From Octopus bimaculoides (taxonomy: Eukaryota), in the NCBI RefSeq assembly GCF_001194135.2, contig NC_068983.1, positions 112,566,131-112,630,130 of the forward strand: DNA of 64,000 bases, given 5' to 3'. Position numbers and translations under genes: made by a program. Under the pieces are notes generated by a model. That model saw nothing but the letters and a program-made list of their open reading frames with translations, was not told where the DNA came from and did no database searches. Below are positions 62,521 through 64,000 of this stretch, in pieces (positions within the stretch are counted from its first letter, which is position 1; every line of letters starts with the position of its first letter).

Positions 62521-64000
62521 CATCATTATCATCATCATCGTTTAACGTCTGCCTTCCAGGCTAGCATGGGTTGGATGATTTAACTGAGGACTGGTGAACC
62601 AGATGGCTGCACCAGGCTCCAATCTGATCTGGTAGAGATTCTACAGCTGGATGCTCTTCCTAATGCCAACCACTCTGAGAGTGTAGTGGGTGCTTTTACA
62701 TGCCACCAGCACGAAGGCCAGTCAAGCGGTACTGGCAAACAGCCACGCTCAGAATGGTGTTTTTTACATGCCACCTGCACAGGAGCCATTCCAGTGGCAC
62801 TGGCAATGACCTCGCTTAAATGTTCTTATTCATGTGCCTGCGGCATAAGTGCCAGTAAGGCGACACTGGTAACGATCACGCTCAAATGGTGCTATTTAAG
62901 TGTCACTGGCATGGAATCCAGACGGCTGCTCTGGAAATGATCACACTCGGATGGTGCTTTTAGTGCTCCACTGGTACAAGTGCCATCACGATTTTGATTC
63001 ACTTGCCCCAACAATTCTTCGCAAGCCGAATTTAGTGTCCAATGAAGGAGAGGTTGGCATGGGTGCCAGTCGTCAAATTTGGTACTATTTCAATTTCACT
63101 TGCCTCAACAGGTCTTCACAAGCAGAGTTTAGTGTCCAATGAAGGAAAGGTATGCATAAGTAGGCTGGCTACATCCCTGGCAGAGGCCTCGTATTATGGT
63201 TTCACTTGGCTTGCCGAGTCTTCTCACGCACAGCATATTTCCAAATGTCTTGGTCACAAGTCATTGCTTTGGTGAAGTCTAATGTTTGAAGGTCGTGCTT
63301 CACCACCTCATCCCAGGTCTTCCTGGGTCTACCTCTTCCACAGATTCCCTCAACCGCTAGAGTGTAACACTTTTTCACACAGCTATCCTCACCCATTCTC
63401 ACCACTTGACCATACCAGCACAATCGTCTCTCTTGCACACCACAACTGATGCTTCTTAGGTTCAACTTTTCTCTCAAGATACTTACGTTCTGTCAGGTAT
63501 GCACACTGACATTACACATCCAGCGGAGTTTACTGGCTTCATTCCTTGCAAGCTTATACATGTCCTCAGCAGTCATGGTCCATGTTTCACTGCCATGTAC
63601 CATGGCTGTTCATATACATGCGTCATACAGTCTGCCTTTTACTCTGAGTGACAGGCCTTTTGTCACCAGGAGAGGTAAGAGCTCTCTGAACTTTGCCCAG
63701 GCTATTCTTATTCTAGCAGCTACACTTTCAGCACACCCTCCCCCACTACTAACTTGGTCACCTAGATAGTGGAAGCTATCAACTAAGTCTAGTTTTTCTT
63801 CCTGGAATGTGGCCAAAGTTATTTTCTGCACATTTTCAGTGTTTATTGCTCCTGAACATCTGCCACATACAAAAACTAACTTCCAAGTCAACCGTCCTTT
63901 GATATTGCTGCACCTCTTATGTGTCCATAGCTTGCACTGGGTACATCTTATAGAGTTTCTATCTATGCCTTTTCTACAGATCGAGCAAGGCCAATCTACG
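62521..64000 (-). mobile_element. RTE-clade LINE: ORF2 C-terminal part (one frame 63999-63202, two premature TGA) and ~680-bp 3' UTR with five repeat units and a (GAT)n tail; continues beyond the window
   Basis: VDSFHYLG, ARIRIAWAKFRELLPLL, KGRLYDAC, HGSETW, RRLCWYGQVVRM and GRGRPRKTW; TGA at 63612-63610 and 63495-63493. Confidence 0.93.

Overview
AT-rich, repeat-dense eukaryotic (intronic/intergenic) DNA with eight assembly gaps, most of them abutting microsatellites. The SINE, LINE and microsatellite content resembles octopus (cephalopod) DNA; this is an inference and was not checked against a database. One host coding exon is well supported: 15054-15722 on the minus strand, with canonical phase 1-1 splice sites. 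It encodes the C-terminal half of a natriuretic-peptide-receptor/receptor-guanylyl-cyclase-type (ANF_receptor, Venus flytrap) ectodomain. Two frame-compatible downstream exon candidates encode no transmembrane helix, which is unexpected for this family. The rest is transposon-derived. Non-LTR elements: an RTE LINE with a PHD-like finger in ORF2 and a tandem stem-loop array in its 3' UTR, plus many truncated 3' ends; an R4/Dong-like element cluster in (TAA)n; a CR1-like LINE; and Penelope-like fragments. Others: a Helitron 3' end, four tRNA-derived SINE families (labelled A, C, D, E here), and hAT, mariner, piggyBac, Merlin-like and foldback non-autonomous DNA elements, several with visible TSDs. 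No rRNA, bona fide tRNA or CRISPR array was found. Most ORFs in the supplied track are microsatellite or gap artefacts. All homologies are by-eye motif recognition and need confirmation.
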